In this document: one piece after another, positions 1-12,159 of the stretch
How positions within the stretch are numbered: the first letter of the stretch is position 1
Layout: every line of letters begins with the position of its first letter
From: Narcine bancroftii
Lineage: Eukaryota
Direction of reading: 5' to 3'
Length of the DNA: 64,000 nt
Assembly (NCBI RefSeq): GCF_036971445.1
Contig: NC_091474.1
Span: 151,404,001-151,468,000, forward strand
The notes under the pieces: generated by a model
Database searches by the model: none
What the model was told of the DNA's origin: nothing
Seen by the model: only the letters and a program-made list of their open reading frames with translations
Position numbers and translations under genes: made by a program

Positions 1-163
1 TTCGACTTTTCTTTTTTTGTCGCCATCTTCTTTCCACCTTTATACTCAGTTTTCTGTAACTTTTATTTCTGTGCCTTTGTGTTTTCTCTTGTTTTTCCCG
101 ACTTTTCTGGAGAGGGCTGGAGTTCACCGTCCGGCCACTACTCCATCGCGTGACTCCTCCCCC
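1..163 (-). mobile_element. 5' end of an L1-clade LINE (5'UTR plus probable ORF1 start), running off the window edge
   Basis: Minus strand begins GGGGGAGGAGTCACGCGATGGAGTAGTGGCCGG (G-run, CpG-containing UTR), then an A-rich leader and AAGATGGCG with ATG at 26, reading MATKKEKS, a Lys-rich L1 ORF1-like start. Confidence 0.6.
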
Positions 164-574
164 GTTGCTTTTATTATTGAAGGCAATTTTGCCGTGTAAA
201 CGTAGCATTCTAGGTAGCAACCAATAAATAAGTTAGCAGAGCAGAGTTTCAACTGTCCTTAATTGTGGCGAGACAAAAAAAATCCAAGTGTTTACCCAGT
301 CTTATGGAGAATTCATAAAACCTCTTAAGTCTGCCAACCAATGGACACACTGAACTCCATGCTCTGTCCTGTAGCTGATCATCACCTGAGTTTTGAATTG
401 CCTGGGAAGACAAAAAAAATCACAGTTCAAGAATACTCCAACTTTTTGTTTTTAATTTCTACATTAAACCTTCTAATTAAATTCAAGATGTGATAAATTT
501 TATTTCCAAAATAATAATTCAAATTCATTATATAGTAATAAACTAAACTTAAAATAATTAAACTTAATTTTTAA

Positions 575-785
575 AATTAGACACACAGTACAGTAACAGG
601 CCCTTTCAGCCCACAAGCTCATGTTGCCCAAATACACCCAATTGACCTACACCCCGGAACATCCTTATTGGACAGTGGGAAGAAACCCACGCAGACCTGG
701 GGAGAATGTACAAATTCCTTACAGACAGCACAGGACTTTAACCCTGGTCCCTGGTACTGTAACAGTGTTACGCTAACCGTGCCAT
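575..785 (-). mobile_element. tRNA-derived V-SINE (HE1-like elasmobranch SINE)
   Basis: Minus strand reads GGCACGGTTAGCGTAAC...CAGGGTTAAAGTCC...TTTGTACATTCTCCCC...TGCGTGGGTTTC, then a CR1-like tail GGGCTGAAAGGGCCTGTTACTGTACTGT. Confidence 0.75.
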
Positions 786-799
786 TGCTTCAATCATCT

Positions 800-993
800 A
801 GCAGATGCTGTGATTGTATGCAGTACCCAAAAGTGCTGGAGAAACTCAGCAGGTCAGACAGCAGATGTAAAGGATAACCAACATTTTGGACCAGAGCCCT
901 TAGTCAAGGCAGGCTCGAAACTTTGGTTAAATCCCTCTGCTTCCTATAGATGCTGCATAACCTGCTGAGTTTCTCCAGCATCTTTGTGTATTT
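800..993. mobile_element. Fold-back miniature made of two inverted Penelope-like terminal repeats
   Basis: Perfect 20-bp inverted repeat TGCTGGAGAAACTCAGCAGG (834-853) / CCTGCTGAGTTTCTCCAGCA (961-980). The arms match the termini of Penelope copies elsewhere in the window. Confidence 0.75.
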
Positions 994-1253
994 TAATGAC
1001 TGAAATGATCATTGTTTACTTAAACATTGGCTGAACATTTTCCTGTCATGTACAATACTGATAAATTACTCTAATCACATTTCATGGCTCAAAACACCCC
1101 ATGTCATATGGAAAGTTTGAAAGGTTTCTGCAGGAATGCAATGCTAAACAATAGCAGGATGAAGGATCTGGTCTTTGCGGAAATAAAAAAAAACCAATCT
1201 GAACTTTCACCCGTGGAATTAAGTTACTTCATAAATGAATGTCACAGGCGTAC

Positions 1254-1375
1254 ATCTCTTATTTCTTGCCCAGCCCCTTTATAAGCCTGTAGCTCAGTTA
1301 GAATGCTTTCAGAATCCTGCAGCACTGCATTCACTTGGTTCCAAATCTCTCTCTCTCCATCTGTAGGCTGTGCAT
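1254..1375 (-). CDS. CYRIA: CYRIA/FAM49A (CYFIP-related Rac1 interactor A), second coding exon
   Basis: 122-nt exon with acceptor ttttacttag and donor GAT|gtacgc. Encodes (N)[40 protein letters not shown], closely matching vertebrate FAM49A. Its phase fits the upstream exon (A+AT = Asn). Confidence 0.96.
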
Positions 1376-1785
1376 CTAAGTAAAAATGATAAAGAGTGAC
1401 TGTCAAATAAAGCTGGCTTTGTTGTGCATTGGACAAAACATGCATTACGAATCTTAAGATTTCAGCAAGATTACTTCAATTACTTTTGACTTAAATACTT
1501 TTAGAGGATGTGTTCAGTAAAAAGAATAAGCTTAATTAGCCTGCATTAATAATAAGGCTGTGAACAGAATTTAAATAATTGTAGTATTTGCATTACCTAA
1601 ATATAAACTGGTCTCTGGAGCTTTCAGCTAACAATGATGTGCTAATAAATATAAATTTATATTTATATTTAATTTCATAATTAATTCAAAAGATGCAGAA
1701 TAAGTCCAGTTGATCCTCCAGGCCTGGATTGCCACCAACAAATCAGTATCACAAAGTAGGTGCTGTGACTATGTCACGGTGGAGA

Positions 1786-1890
1786 TACAAAAGACTACAG
1801 GTGCTTTAATCTGAAGGAACAACAAAGTGCTGGAGGAACACAGCAGGTCACAGCCGCATCCGTGGGGGCACATAGGTGAATTACCTTTTG
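1786..1890 (-). mobile_element. Penelope-like terminal repeat fragment
   Basis: AAAGTGCTGGAGGAACACAGCAGGTCA motif shared with other Penelope termini in the window. Confidence 0.55.
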
Positions 1891-2566
1891 GCTTGGGATT
1901 TGGCATCAGCTCCGCTCAGCCACAAAGGTCCTCCAGCAGCTTGCTTTTGTTGAGTTCTATGAAAGGCAATGATTTCATCCCTGTGCTTCTCAGTGCACCT
2001 GCAACCTTTTCAATGCTTGCCCACACCAGTTCAATTACCGTAACCATGGTGGTAGACTGCAACGCTCTGGCAGTTCTTATCAATTCAATCACAAGCTTAA
2101 AGGCACCTGCCATGTCTCCTCATCATAATCCAGCCCCATTACCTCCAAAACTGCCTGAAGTTATACACTTGATTCCACTCTTCTCACTCATTTCATTTTG
2201 CCTGTGGTGATATCATTCAATTGCTAGAGGACTGAATTGAGAGTGGTAATTGTACAGAGAAGTAGTGAGGCATCAACTGGAGTGGTCTGTGTGCAATTCT
2301 GGTCTTCTAAATTTGAGAAGAGATATACTGGCTTTGGATCAAGTGCAGTTTTCACCAGGTTTAGCTTAGGATAGATTGCACAGACTGGACTATACCCACT
2401 GGGGTTTAGGATTCTGTCTTTGGATGAACCACCTTGAGAAAAGATTTAGGGAAGGTTCCATATTACAAATACCCACACTATTTTGGTTCCTTTCATATCC
2501 CAGTGTCTCTAGAATGGTTCAATTACAACATTGAGCTAGAGACCATTCTCAGAGTCAAAAATCAAG

Positions 2567-4017
2567 AAAAAAAAGTAACTTGAAAGCATGTCCAAAATTA
2601 TCCAATAATAAAGCTCTAACTTGATCATAACAAAAAAAAGTACTTTGTGGAATTTCATATTTCTCTTTCATTCTTTGAAAATGGCCATCTTCACATGTAT
2701 ATTCTTAATTCCTTTCTGATCCCATATTTGCAAAAGTTGATTATTAAGAGTAAAAAGTAAAACTTTTATTCTGATACCTTACCTGAAAAATTTCCCTGTG
2801 CACCTATTTCCTCATTTATCATACTCCCATAATTCAATTAAATGACTCAAAATAGGTGAGTTATAAATAAGTATTACCTTAGAATTCCATTTATAAATAA
2901 ATTGCTCTATTTTCTTCTCACCAATTTTAGTTAACTCTGTATTAGGCCATACTAATGAATTTTCCAAATCAAACATTCTATTAATAAATTTCATTTGTGC
3001 CGCTTTATAATAATTTTGAAAATTCTGTCATTGCAAACCTCCCAGATCATACCTCCAAGTTAATTCTTGTAAAGATACCCTAAACAAAAACTTCCTAACA
3101 ATAGAATTCAAATTTGAAATTCTACTTATGGAAGGTGGAAAGAAAAAAATTGTATCTGAAATGTATTCGTTATTACAGAATAAAATACCTAAGTTAGATT
3201 TGCATAAGTCTAGATTAAAGTGGGAAAAAGATTTGGGAATACCAATTGATCAGGAAGATGGTATGACTAAGATTGTCAATGTGAGCTATAGATTAGTTCA
3301 TCCATTACATTTAACTCCTGAAAAATTAAAGAGATACAATTTAGTCTTTTTTCAGATTTATATTTTAGGTGTCATAAAGAAGTAGGTTCTTTTTTACATT
3401 CTACTTGGTCATGTGATACTATTAAACCTTTTTGGACACGACTTAAGGAGGTTTTAGAGAAAATTTTTAAGATTGAATTGTTGACGGAATCAACATTATT
3501 TTTATTAGGTAATGTTAAAATCTTGGGCTTGAAATTGAGATTAACTAGGTATCAAATTGCATTTTTGAGATTAGCCTTGGCTGTAGCGAGAAAATATATA
3601 GCAATTACATGGAAAAATGTGATTGATTTAAGTTTGCAATGATGGCATATGGAATTGAAATCATGTATTCCATTGGAAAAGATAACATATAATTTATGTA
3701 ATAATTATCTTTTTTTTTTTAATCGGAAAATGTGGAGCCCTTATTTGGGTTTAAAATTTTGAACTTTCTTCGGCCCATTGTGGTGGTGTTACCCTATTCC
3801 GTGGCATTTAATTATGGTATTGATGGGGATATCTCCTTTCTTCTATTTTTGGGGATGGGGGTAGTAGGGAGGGGGAGGGATTGGAAGGGAGGTTGATGGG
3901 AGGGAGTGGGGATTTGGAATATACAACATTGTTTTTTTTTATATATGTATTATCATATAGAATATATTTGAATGTAATGTGGCTCAAAATTTTAAATAAA
4001 GTATTAAAAAAAAGTAA
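2567..4017 (+). mobile_element. 5'-truncated, 5'-inverted L1-clade LINE in a CYRIA intron
   Basis: About 2580-3100 reads as ORF2 on the minus strand (GGLQ..NFQNYYKAAQMKFINRMF...LDNFGHAFKL). About 3105-3760 continues ORF2 on the plus strand (SKFEILLMEGGKKK...). A G-rich 3'UTR, AATAAA and an A tail follow. Flanking duplication AAAAAAAAGTAA at 2567-2578 and 4006-4017. Confidence 0.85.
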
Positions 4018-4257
4018 TTGATCAAGTGAGAACTGTGCAAGTGAGAACTTTCAGAAGTTCCTCCTTTGGATCCTAACAAAGAAGAAAGGGAAGAGAAAGG
4101 TGTATTACGTGGTGAATATTAAAGGCTTTGGAGGGGAAATATACCATCAACATTGATTTGTTGGAAGAAGCTTGATCTCATTTTGTGTAAACCATTCATT
4201 TTATTACAGCTACAAACTTAGCTTTATGTTAAAGTGCTGCCCAGTAGTATAACTTAC

Positions 4258-4327
4258 TTTCAAAATCCAGGAAAAAATGTGGATAGTTCTCAATTTCCCT
4301 GGTTAGGACCTTAAGCAGATTACCCAT
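4258..4327 (-). CDS. CYRIA: CYRIA/FAM49A first coding exon (exon spans 4258-4336 including 9 nt of 5'UTR)
   Basis: Acceptor tttaatcag|GTTGCTGGGATG and donor AAA|gtaagt. Encodes [23 protein letters not shown], the FAM49A N-terminus with the Gly2 myristoylation motif. It is absent from the ORF track because it is short. Confidence 0.97.
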
Positions 4328-4587
4328 CCCAGCAACCTGATTAAAATGGAACACATAGTACAAATAAACATTAATAATGTAGGTCAATAAACAAGTAGCA
4401 CATTAAATTAATTACATTTAAAACTGAGAGCAATGCAGTTAAAAATGATTGAAGTAGAGAAGCTAATGTTTCATACCAGCAGCTTGCAACAAACAGATTT
4501 TATAGCAGTTAGCATAAAATTGCCCACAACAACAAAAAAACCCAGCAAATTGGATTCATTGGGTTCATTTTGCATTTTATTGCATGA

Positions 4588-4800
4588 GGCACGACTGGCG
4601 CAGCATTTAGCGCAATGCAATTACTGCATCAGCACCCAGGTTCAAATCCAGCGCTGACTGGAAGGAGTTTGCACATTCTCTCTAGGCCTGCGTGAGTTTT
4701 CTCTGGGTGCTCAGATTTCCTCCCATGTTCCAAAGACGAATGGGGTTAGCACTGTAGTTTAATGGGGTGTATTTGAGTGGTGAAGGTCCATGGGCCGGAA
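4588..4800 (+). mobile_element. tRNA-derived V-SINE (HE1-like)
   Basis: A-box-like TGGCGCAGCATTTAG, B-box-like GGTTCAAATCC, and V-domain-like GGAGTTTGCACATTCTC...TGCGTGAGTTTTCTCTGGGTGCTCAGATTTCCTCCCA. Confidence 0.78.
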
Positions 4801-5299
4801 ATTAAAATCAAGTTAATTTAAAAAAAATTGTAGCGTGCATATTTTTCCCCCACGTGAAAGAGCATTATCAGAAAACTCAAAGATGTAATTCTGTCTTTAG
4901 TACATTTTACTGGAAATAATTAGTCAAAGCGAACCAAAATAAAAAATCAAGTAAATTATAGGAAACATCAAGTGGCATTATGAAAATGTTCCATAAATGT
5001 TGCCATTGGTACCATTTAACCTGAAACACTAGATGGCACTTCCATTTTTGATTAACAGTGACAGCAAAGAAAGAAACAACAATTTGTGGTTCCTCCAGAT
5101 GCAAGAGATTAAATGGCAGTTGTTAACTCAGAAAGACATATTTGCATAAGTGTCCACAGCTGAAATGAACTTAGCTCAAAAGCTTAGGATGCAAGGCAGA
5201 GACAGTCATTTGATCAAACAAAGGATGAAGAGGGACTTTGGAAGTTTCAAAATGGATTCCCACTTCACTCCATTGAGGACAACTACAAGTGGCAGCCTC

Positions 5300-5537
5300 T
5301 CTCCTCATGGATCCTCGTCATCCAGGCCATGCCCTCTTCACATTTCAGGAAGGAGCCAGATCCCCCTGTGGCACAAGGACAGCTTCTTTCCCTCTGCCAT
5401 CAGATTTCTGAATGGACAATGAATGACAGGCTCTCAGTTTCTTTTCTTCTTGCACTTATTTTCTACGTAATTTCTAGCTTTATTATTTGCACCAATAAAT
5501 TTCGTGACATGCTCACGACAATAAATTCTGATTCTGA
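5300..5537 (+). mobile_element. Rex1/Babar-like LINE 3' fragment
   Basis: Encodes HKDSFFPSAIRFLN and ends in ACAATAAATTCTGATTCTGA. Same family tail as 23425-24135. Confidence 0.6.
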
Positions 5538-6659
5538 AGCCTCCAAGTTGAGAGGAGGAAAAGTAGCAATGATTATTTGCAAAGTCAAGGGAAAAGTAGG
5601 AATATTTAGAGAATTTTTAAAAGGTGGCATTGAAAAACGTTATGTGTAATCATCGTTGTGCAGCATGGAAACATGGATGTCAAGACCCTTCAAACAATAA
5701 GGAGATAAATGAACTATTTTATTTCATACTGGTTAAGGGGAAACTCAACTTATTTTTAAAATACTGCTGAGGAATTTTCTGAAAAAGTGATGTCTCAATC
5801 AGACCACCAGGAAGGTATCATCGATGGCTACTCTGCACTCAGTCAGCCTGGCTCACTTGTCATAAATGTTGGCAAACGAGATACAAAATTACATTAAGCT
5901 GAGGTTACAGTAGGCAGTGATGTGGGTAAAGAAAGAACCACTTAATACTCGATCAAGTGTGGATGAAGCAGTTGGGGATCAATACCTGGACGTGATGGCA
6001 CTAAATTGCTGCCTCTATACTGCGACTTCCAGGTAATCCCTGGATATCAACTTTGCAGATGTTTGCCTGGCTGTGGGCAATATAGCACTCTTCCCAACAA
6101 TTGTCACTGTAGAAACTGCTAAATAATACCAGGTATTAATTCACAAGCTCTTTGAGAACTTTCTCAAGGGCTGCTTTGAGGGGCTCCTTATTGTAGGTGT
6201 TAAGCTTAGTGTTTTTACAGCTGTTTTTGCTGTGTTCCTGTTAAGGAAGAGGCAATAAATGAGGCAAATAGCAGCTGCTGCCCAGTCATGAGCATGCCCC
6301 TGATTTACTTCCAGCCTCCCGAACTGAAATGGACAAGATTTCAACCCAAGTAGAATATAACCTGTGCACTCAACTGAACCCCTTATTTTGTTTGCTCGGC
6401 TTGACAAAATTGCAAGTTATTTGCAACTTTTCATTGCACCCCAAGATATTGAGATAAAATCGAAGTCCTGCATACAATATCAATCTTGAAAACTTTTAGA
6501 AATCTGACCACATAGAGAAATATAGAAACAAAATCCTGAACCAAATAAAAACCTGCCTCAGAATCTGCTTGGCAGGACTTGATCTCTCCCTGAATGTGGC
6601 AGTCTCCTGCATTTACTGATTGCCAGAATAACAGGGCATCAAAAGTACTCTTCAGCTAA

Positions 6660-6965
6660 TGAAGAACTTGATGGGAGACATCATTGTGAAATCTACAATC
6701 AGGATGAGGCAATGATGGGCAACTTGCTGCATTGAAGGATAAATATTCATCAGGAAGCTCTCCGGAAGCTTCATGGACTGAACGCAGGTGCTCTACAATC
6801 ACCCAATCTGTGTTTCGTTTCCCCAGAGCAGTGGAGACCATATTGTGATCAGTGAAGGGAGTACATTCGATTGGAGAAAGCACAAGTAAATTGCTGCTTC
6901 ATTTGGAAAAATTGTTTGCATCCGTAGATGGTGGGAAGAGAAGAGGTGAAAGGACAAGTGTTGCT
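6660..6965 (-). mobile_element. Decayed Penelope-like GIY-YIG endonuclease fragment
   Basis: Minus-strand translation includes EHLRSV and resembles the GIY-YIG region of the 10160-11380 copy. Confidence 0.55.
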
Positions 6966-7184
6966 CAGCTTGTCTCTCCCATCACACCCCACAACTTTTT
7001 TTTATTTTTCTGTCTTTGAAAGTGGAGGACATGTCTGGCCACATTCTTGGACAGGTTCTTTTTGCCTCAGCAGGTGCACCAATATGTTTGCCTACATTGT
7101 ATCAGTAACTATGAATGTTATTTAAAATGGGAAGAAATGTCTGATGGAGAAATGTAAAAAAAATACTTGCATTACATCACTGAA

Positions 7185-7890
7185 TAGACAAAGGTGCTCG
7201 AGAAACTCAGTAGATCATGCAGGATCTATCTATAGGAAGCAAAAGGTAACCAACGTTTCGGGCCTAAACCCTCACCCTGGCCATCTGCCCACTCTGGATC
7301 GTTATATTTCCATTTGCCACTGAGAAATTTCTTCATACTTGTGTCTCTTTTCCTCCAGGACTCCAATTCCCTCTCTCTCCATTCAGAGGGCTATCTCCTC
7401 CACCTATCACTTCCCAGCTTTTACTCTCTTGTGCCCTCTCACCCATATCCAACTATTACCCCTTTCCTGTGCTCCTTCCCCTGCCTCTCCCTCCATCATT
7501 CTATTTAGGCAGCTGTCTGTTTTTTGCTTCTTGACTCAGGCCTGAAATGTTGGTTATGTATCTTTATCTTTGCAACACAAAGAACACTTCACAACTTTCT
7601 GAGTTTCTCCATCATTTTTTTGCAAACTACAATCACAGTGTCAGCAGAATTTCTTGTTTAACTCGAAGATACCAGTTTGGTGGGCTGAAGTACACAGAAA
7701 CAATGGTTCTACCAGGATGATTGCATTTGTGGATCTTGGGTAAGAGACAGAAGCAGGCAGTGCATGGTTGGGAAACAATGAGATTAGATGCTGTGGGATG
7801 GAGATGATCGGTAGTGACAAGGTTGAAGATGGAGCCCAAGATGGTGGCTTGACGAAGGGCTCAGGCCAGAAGCATTGGTTATTCTTTAGT
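7185..7890. mobile_element. Penelope-like cluster: inverted terminal repeat pair, RT fragment and another terminal repeat (interrupted by a MITE, resuming ~8264-8320)
   Basis: Termini at ~7190-7270 (-) and ~7530-7630 (+). RT motif CLLPKIHK..HPGRTIVS on the minus strand (7633-7839). Hammerhead-like CTTGACGAAGGGCTCAGGCC at 7848. Confidence 0.7.
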
Positions 7891-7894
7891 TCTT

Positions 7895-8263
7895 GAAAAT
7901 CTCAATCTTTTTCTTTCCACTCACATACCACTTTAAGTATTCTCTATGTCATAGGTGGTCTGTAATTCATAAGGGATTGCTTAAGGTAGTATGTGGGTGG
8001 AAAGAGTTTGAAAACCACTGTTTTAATTGTACCTAATTGACTCGTTACGTGCATGGTTTCGTAACTCCAAAGGAAATGGGCCAATGACAATTTTTCTCAA
8101 GCAAAATATTTCAGTAACAATTGTGTCTAGAGGTGTGATTCTCAACCTTCCCTGCTCACTCACATACCACCTTAAGTAATCCCTTACTAATCACAGAGCA
8201 CATATAGCACAGGGAATACTTAAAGTGGTATGTGAGTGGAAAGAAGCAGGTTGAGAACCACTG
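7895..8263. mobile_element. Composite double-hairpin hAT-type MITE (copy 1 of 3)
   Basis: Two ~130-bp palindromic modules (CACTCACATACCAC.TTAAG...CTTAAGGTGGTATGTG), each ending GAAAACCACTG or GAGAACCACTG, joined by a shared ~115-bp spacer. Confidence 0.8.
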
Positions 8264-8516
8264 CAAAAGAAGCTGTGTGACCTCCTGAGCTTCTCCGGCA
8301 CTTTTGTGTATTGCAGACTTTCCTCTAAGTTGCATCACTGAATTGTAGTCTTGTATACAAATTCAGATAACTTTTATGTCAAATATTTCCCACTCCATGA
8401 TGTCACTTGTATCTAGTTGTACATTTAGCTGCAGCAGGTTTTTGACCCAAACAAAACTTGTGGTTACACATTAAAATATATACAGGACACACCTTGAGAT
8501 TCACAGCTAACTAGAC

Positions 8517-9392
8517 CAGGGATGGCCAAACTACAGCCTTCGGGTCAACTGCGGCCTGCTCCCCCTTTTTATGTAGCCCAGAGAGAATTTTAAAAATAAA
8601 ATGGAATATAGCCCATTAGAACATAGTCTCTAAAAATAAATTGCAATCTACATTGCACTTTTTAGTTTCAACACTAGATCTCGCTGCCATTTTGAACAAC
8701 TACTAGACCGACTGTTGAAATGTTTCTCATCGATGACAACATTTACCTCGGTTTAAAAAAAAACCACTTCAATTAAAACATTACATTTACTTCAGTTGAT
8801 TAAATGTGGCGGAACTGAAAAGACAGAAAATAGCAAGAGAGTGCCAATAATTTCAGACATGGTGGGAAAATGTATCCTTTTTCCACAGAAAGGGAAGTGT
8901 GTTTGCTTGATTTGCAAAATATCTTTACTGGCCTATATACAGATTTACATATTGCAACATAATCATTAAGGTGGACACTTGGCCCATGAACTGTATTCAC
9001 TGAGAGTTGTGGATAAATGTTGTACGCTGCCTTGTGCCTTGACCCTTACTTTATCTTTTCTCTTATTCTCATTTTGTATCCAGCTTTTTACTTTGCACTG
9101 CCTTTTGAATAAGAGTTTTAAAGAGCTTTATTGTATTCATTTATATTAAAATTTAAGAGCAGCAGATACAGAAATGCCTAATGTAATGTTAACAGTCAAA
9201 CTGGCCAAAGTAGTGTTGCATCTTATTCTGATAGAAAATGAATTTTCAATGGCACAGGGTTTTCTGCTCAATATACACCATTTTTCTTGCAATGCATCTG
9301 GTTGAAAACTTCCAGGCTTAATATTGTTTGGCCTGTGACTCCTTATATTTTTCTGTATGTGGCCCACATCCAAAAACGTTTGGCTACCCCTG
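8517..9392. mobile_element. Non-autonomous hAT (Charlie-like) DNA transposon, 876 bp
   Basis: TIRs CAGGGATGGCCAAAC / GTTTGGCTACCCCTG. Perfect 8-bp TSD AACTAGAC (8509-8516, 9393-9400). Confidence 0.9.
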
Positions 9393-9562
9393 AACTAGAC
9401 TGACCCTCTTCCAATGCAATCCCTTGTAAGGATGCCACATTCAAGAAGAAGCTTTCCATTCCATAACATCTGAAACATCCTCCTTTTTTTAGGAAACAAA
9501 GTCTACCCTCCACTAAGGTTGATGGAGCCCTCTCTCACAGCTCCATTTCCAGCACTTTTGGA

Positions 9563-11670
9563 TTTATGGTTAGTAAATTTGCTGATGACACCAAAATTGG
9601 TGGTCAGTTATGTTGCAGAAGGATCGTGATCAACAAATGGGGTGAGAAACAACAGATGAAGTTTAATTTGGATACCTGCAAGGTGTTGCATTTTGGGAAG
9701 TCCAACCAAGGCAGGAGATACACAGTAAAAGGGAGGATGACTCTGTAGAGTGCTGCAGAACAGAGAGTCCTCAGGGTACAGATACAGAGTTTCCTATCAG
9801 TGGCGATGCAGCTAAACTGGGTGGGGAAGGTGGCATTTGGCATGTATGCCTTTATTGGCAAGGACACAGAATACAGGAGTTGGCCCATCATGTTACAACT
9901 GTACATGATGCTGGCAAGGCCACATTTGGAGTACTGTGTGCGTTCCAGTCACCCTGCTGCAAGGATCTCATTAAGCTGGAAAGAATGCCAAAAAAAGATT
10001 CATGAGGATGTTATCAGGACTGAAGGGCTGGTCCTGGAAGGAGATTGGATAAGCTAGGACTTTTTTTATTTAGAGCACAGGAGGCTGAAGGATAACCATA
10101 CAGTGGCACAGAAAATCACGAGCGGCATGGCCAAGGTGAACAGCCAATCTTTTACCCGATAAAAACACAATGCTGGAGAAACTCAACAGGTCAAGCAGTG
10201 TATTTTATATAGCAAAAATAAAGATACATAACCAGCATTTCGGGCTTGAGCCCTTCATTAAGGAATGAACAAAATGTAGGCAGTTGTTTGAACAACATAG
10301 TGGTGGCGGGTGGGGGGGGGGGGGGGGAGAGAGAGAAGCAGGGACAGGAGGAGGATCATAGTACTACGGGCAGGAGGTAATTTGATAAGGGAGGAAGGGC
10401 ATACCAGCAAAAAAGGGAAGGAGTGATGGCTGTGTGAATGGAGAGAGGAGTGAAGAGCTGGAGGAAAGACAACAAGGGATGGGAAGAGATGGAGGATGAG
10501 GAGTAAGTGAGCAGAAACCATAGAAATTGATGCTAATCCCATCTGGTTGGATAGTGCCCAGATGGAAAATTAGGTGTTCATCCTCCAAATTATGGGCAGT
10601 CTTGCTTTGACAGTATATGAAGCCATGGACAGACATGTCAGTGCGGAAGTGGAGTGCAGAATTGATACTGTTGGCCACTGAGAGATCCATGTCATTGATG
10701 CGGACAGAGCAAAGTTGCTCAGTGAGGTGATCTCTCAGTCTGTGTGCAGGCTGCCCGATTATAGAGAAAGCCATGATGGGAGCACCAGATGCAGTAGATG
10801 ACTCCCGTGGATACACAAGTGAAGTGTTGCTTCACTTGGAAGGACTGTTTGGGGCTCAAATGATGGCAAGGGAGGAGATGTGGGCGCAAGTGTAGGACTT
10901 ACTGAGGCCTCAGGGAAAGGTGCCAAGGGGGAAATTAATGTGAAGGGATGTGTGGATGAGGGAGTCATGGAGGGAGCAGTCCCTAAGGAAGGTAGAGAGG
11001 GGAAGACATGTCTGGAGATGGAATCACATTGTAGGTGACAGAAATTACGGAGGATAATGTGTTGGTTGCGGAGGCTGGTTGGATGGTAGGTGAGGACAAG
11101 GGGAATTGTGATTTTGTTGGATCTGGGGCAGAGGGGGCCAGGGCAAATAAGTGGGAAATGGAGGAGATGCAAGTAAGGGCTGAGTTGATGGTGATGAAGG
11201 AGAAACCACATTTTTGGAAGAAGGACACTCTCAATGATCTGGACTGGAGATCTCATCTTGGGAACTGATACGACAGAGAAAGGAATAGTATCCTTGCAGG
11301 GAACTGGGTGTGAAGAAGTGTAATTGAGGTAGTTAGTGGACTTGTAAAAAATGTCTTTGGAAAGCTGTTGAAATGTCTGTGATTGGAGATTCTAAAACTA
11401 CAGGGCAAAGGTTTATGGTGAGAGAGAAAGATTTTAAAAGGGATCTGAGGGAGCAACCTTTTCCACCTAGAGAGTGGTGCCTATATGGAATGAGGTGCCA
11501 AAGGACACTGTTGAGGAAGGCATTTAAAGAGAGGTACTAGGACAGGCTTTGGGGGAATATGTGCAATACACAAGCAAGTGGGACCAACTCAGAAGTGCAA
11601 CTCGGCCAGCATGGAGGAGCTAGGCTGAAGGTCCAGTTTCTATGCTGTATAGCAGCTCTTTGACTCTTTA
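9563..11670 (+). mobile_element. CR1 LINE 3' part, split by a Penelope insertion (10160-11380)
   Basis: Motifs [21 protein letters not shown] and LARPHLEYCV. The CR1 3' region resumes at ~11385 (AGAGTGGTG...TGGAATG; GGCTGAAGGTCCAGTTTCTATGCTGTA). Confidence 0.85.
10160..11380 (-). mobile_element. Penelope-like element 3' half (RT thumb/linker, GIY-YIG endonuclease, terminal repeat with hammerhead motif)
   Basis: Minus-strand motifs IPLVLTYHPTSL..QHIILRNF, RLRDHLTEQLCSV and LEDEHLIFHLGTIQPDGISINF. Terminal repeat with TTAATGAAGGGCTCAAGCCCGAAA at 10231-10264. Confidence 0.88.
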
Positions 11671-12159
11671 GCAGTGAAACTCTTCATGGTTTAACATTTG
11701 GACAGACAATTAATTTACCTTCCTCATCCTTGCTGCACCACTGATCACCAAGTAAAATGGCAAGTGAAAACCAGAAAGCTCCATTCCAATCCTGACATTT
11801 GTATTCGTCTATTTGGATGCATGTGAATGCAAGTCAATCAAAAATGAGAAAACATGCTTTTTGTAAATGAAGTGAAAAATTATCATGCACAAATCTGACA
11901 TGCAATTATAATGAAGGTGGGCTAGAATAAACAATAAAACAATAAAAAGATAAATTGTTATTGGATGTGTGCCTTAAACAACTTCTGAGTAGGTGGCGTT
12001 CTAAAACTGCTTCATTTTCCCCATAACTGATATTTAAGAAGAAATTATTTTAACCAGCTGCAAACAAGTGATATAACTTCTACAATTCGAGACATTATAA
12101 TGCAGAGAACGCTGGTACATGGTCTGCTCACCATACACAAGTTCAGTCCACCCCATCAC

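Noticed and set aside
1242-1445. 67-aa ORF as a complete gene
   Set aside because: Only 1254-1375 is a CYRIA exon; the rest is intron read-through.
3845-3912. G-quadruplex-like G-rich tract
   Set aside because: An ordinary feature of L1 3'UTRs. The other poly-G/C runs in the window are simple homopolymers, mostly inside repeats.
4588-4660. tRNA-like A and B boxes
   Set aside because: This is the head of a V-SINE, with no complete cloverleaf.
7895-8263. Repeat-spacer-repeat pattern reminiscent of CRISPR, or a pre-miRNA hairpin
   Set aside because: Eukaryotic context, hAT-type TIRs and three dispersed copies with the same spacer identify it as a MITE.
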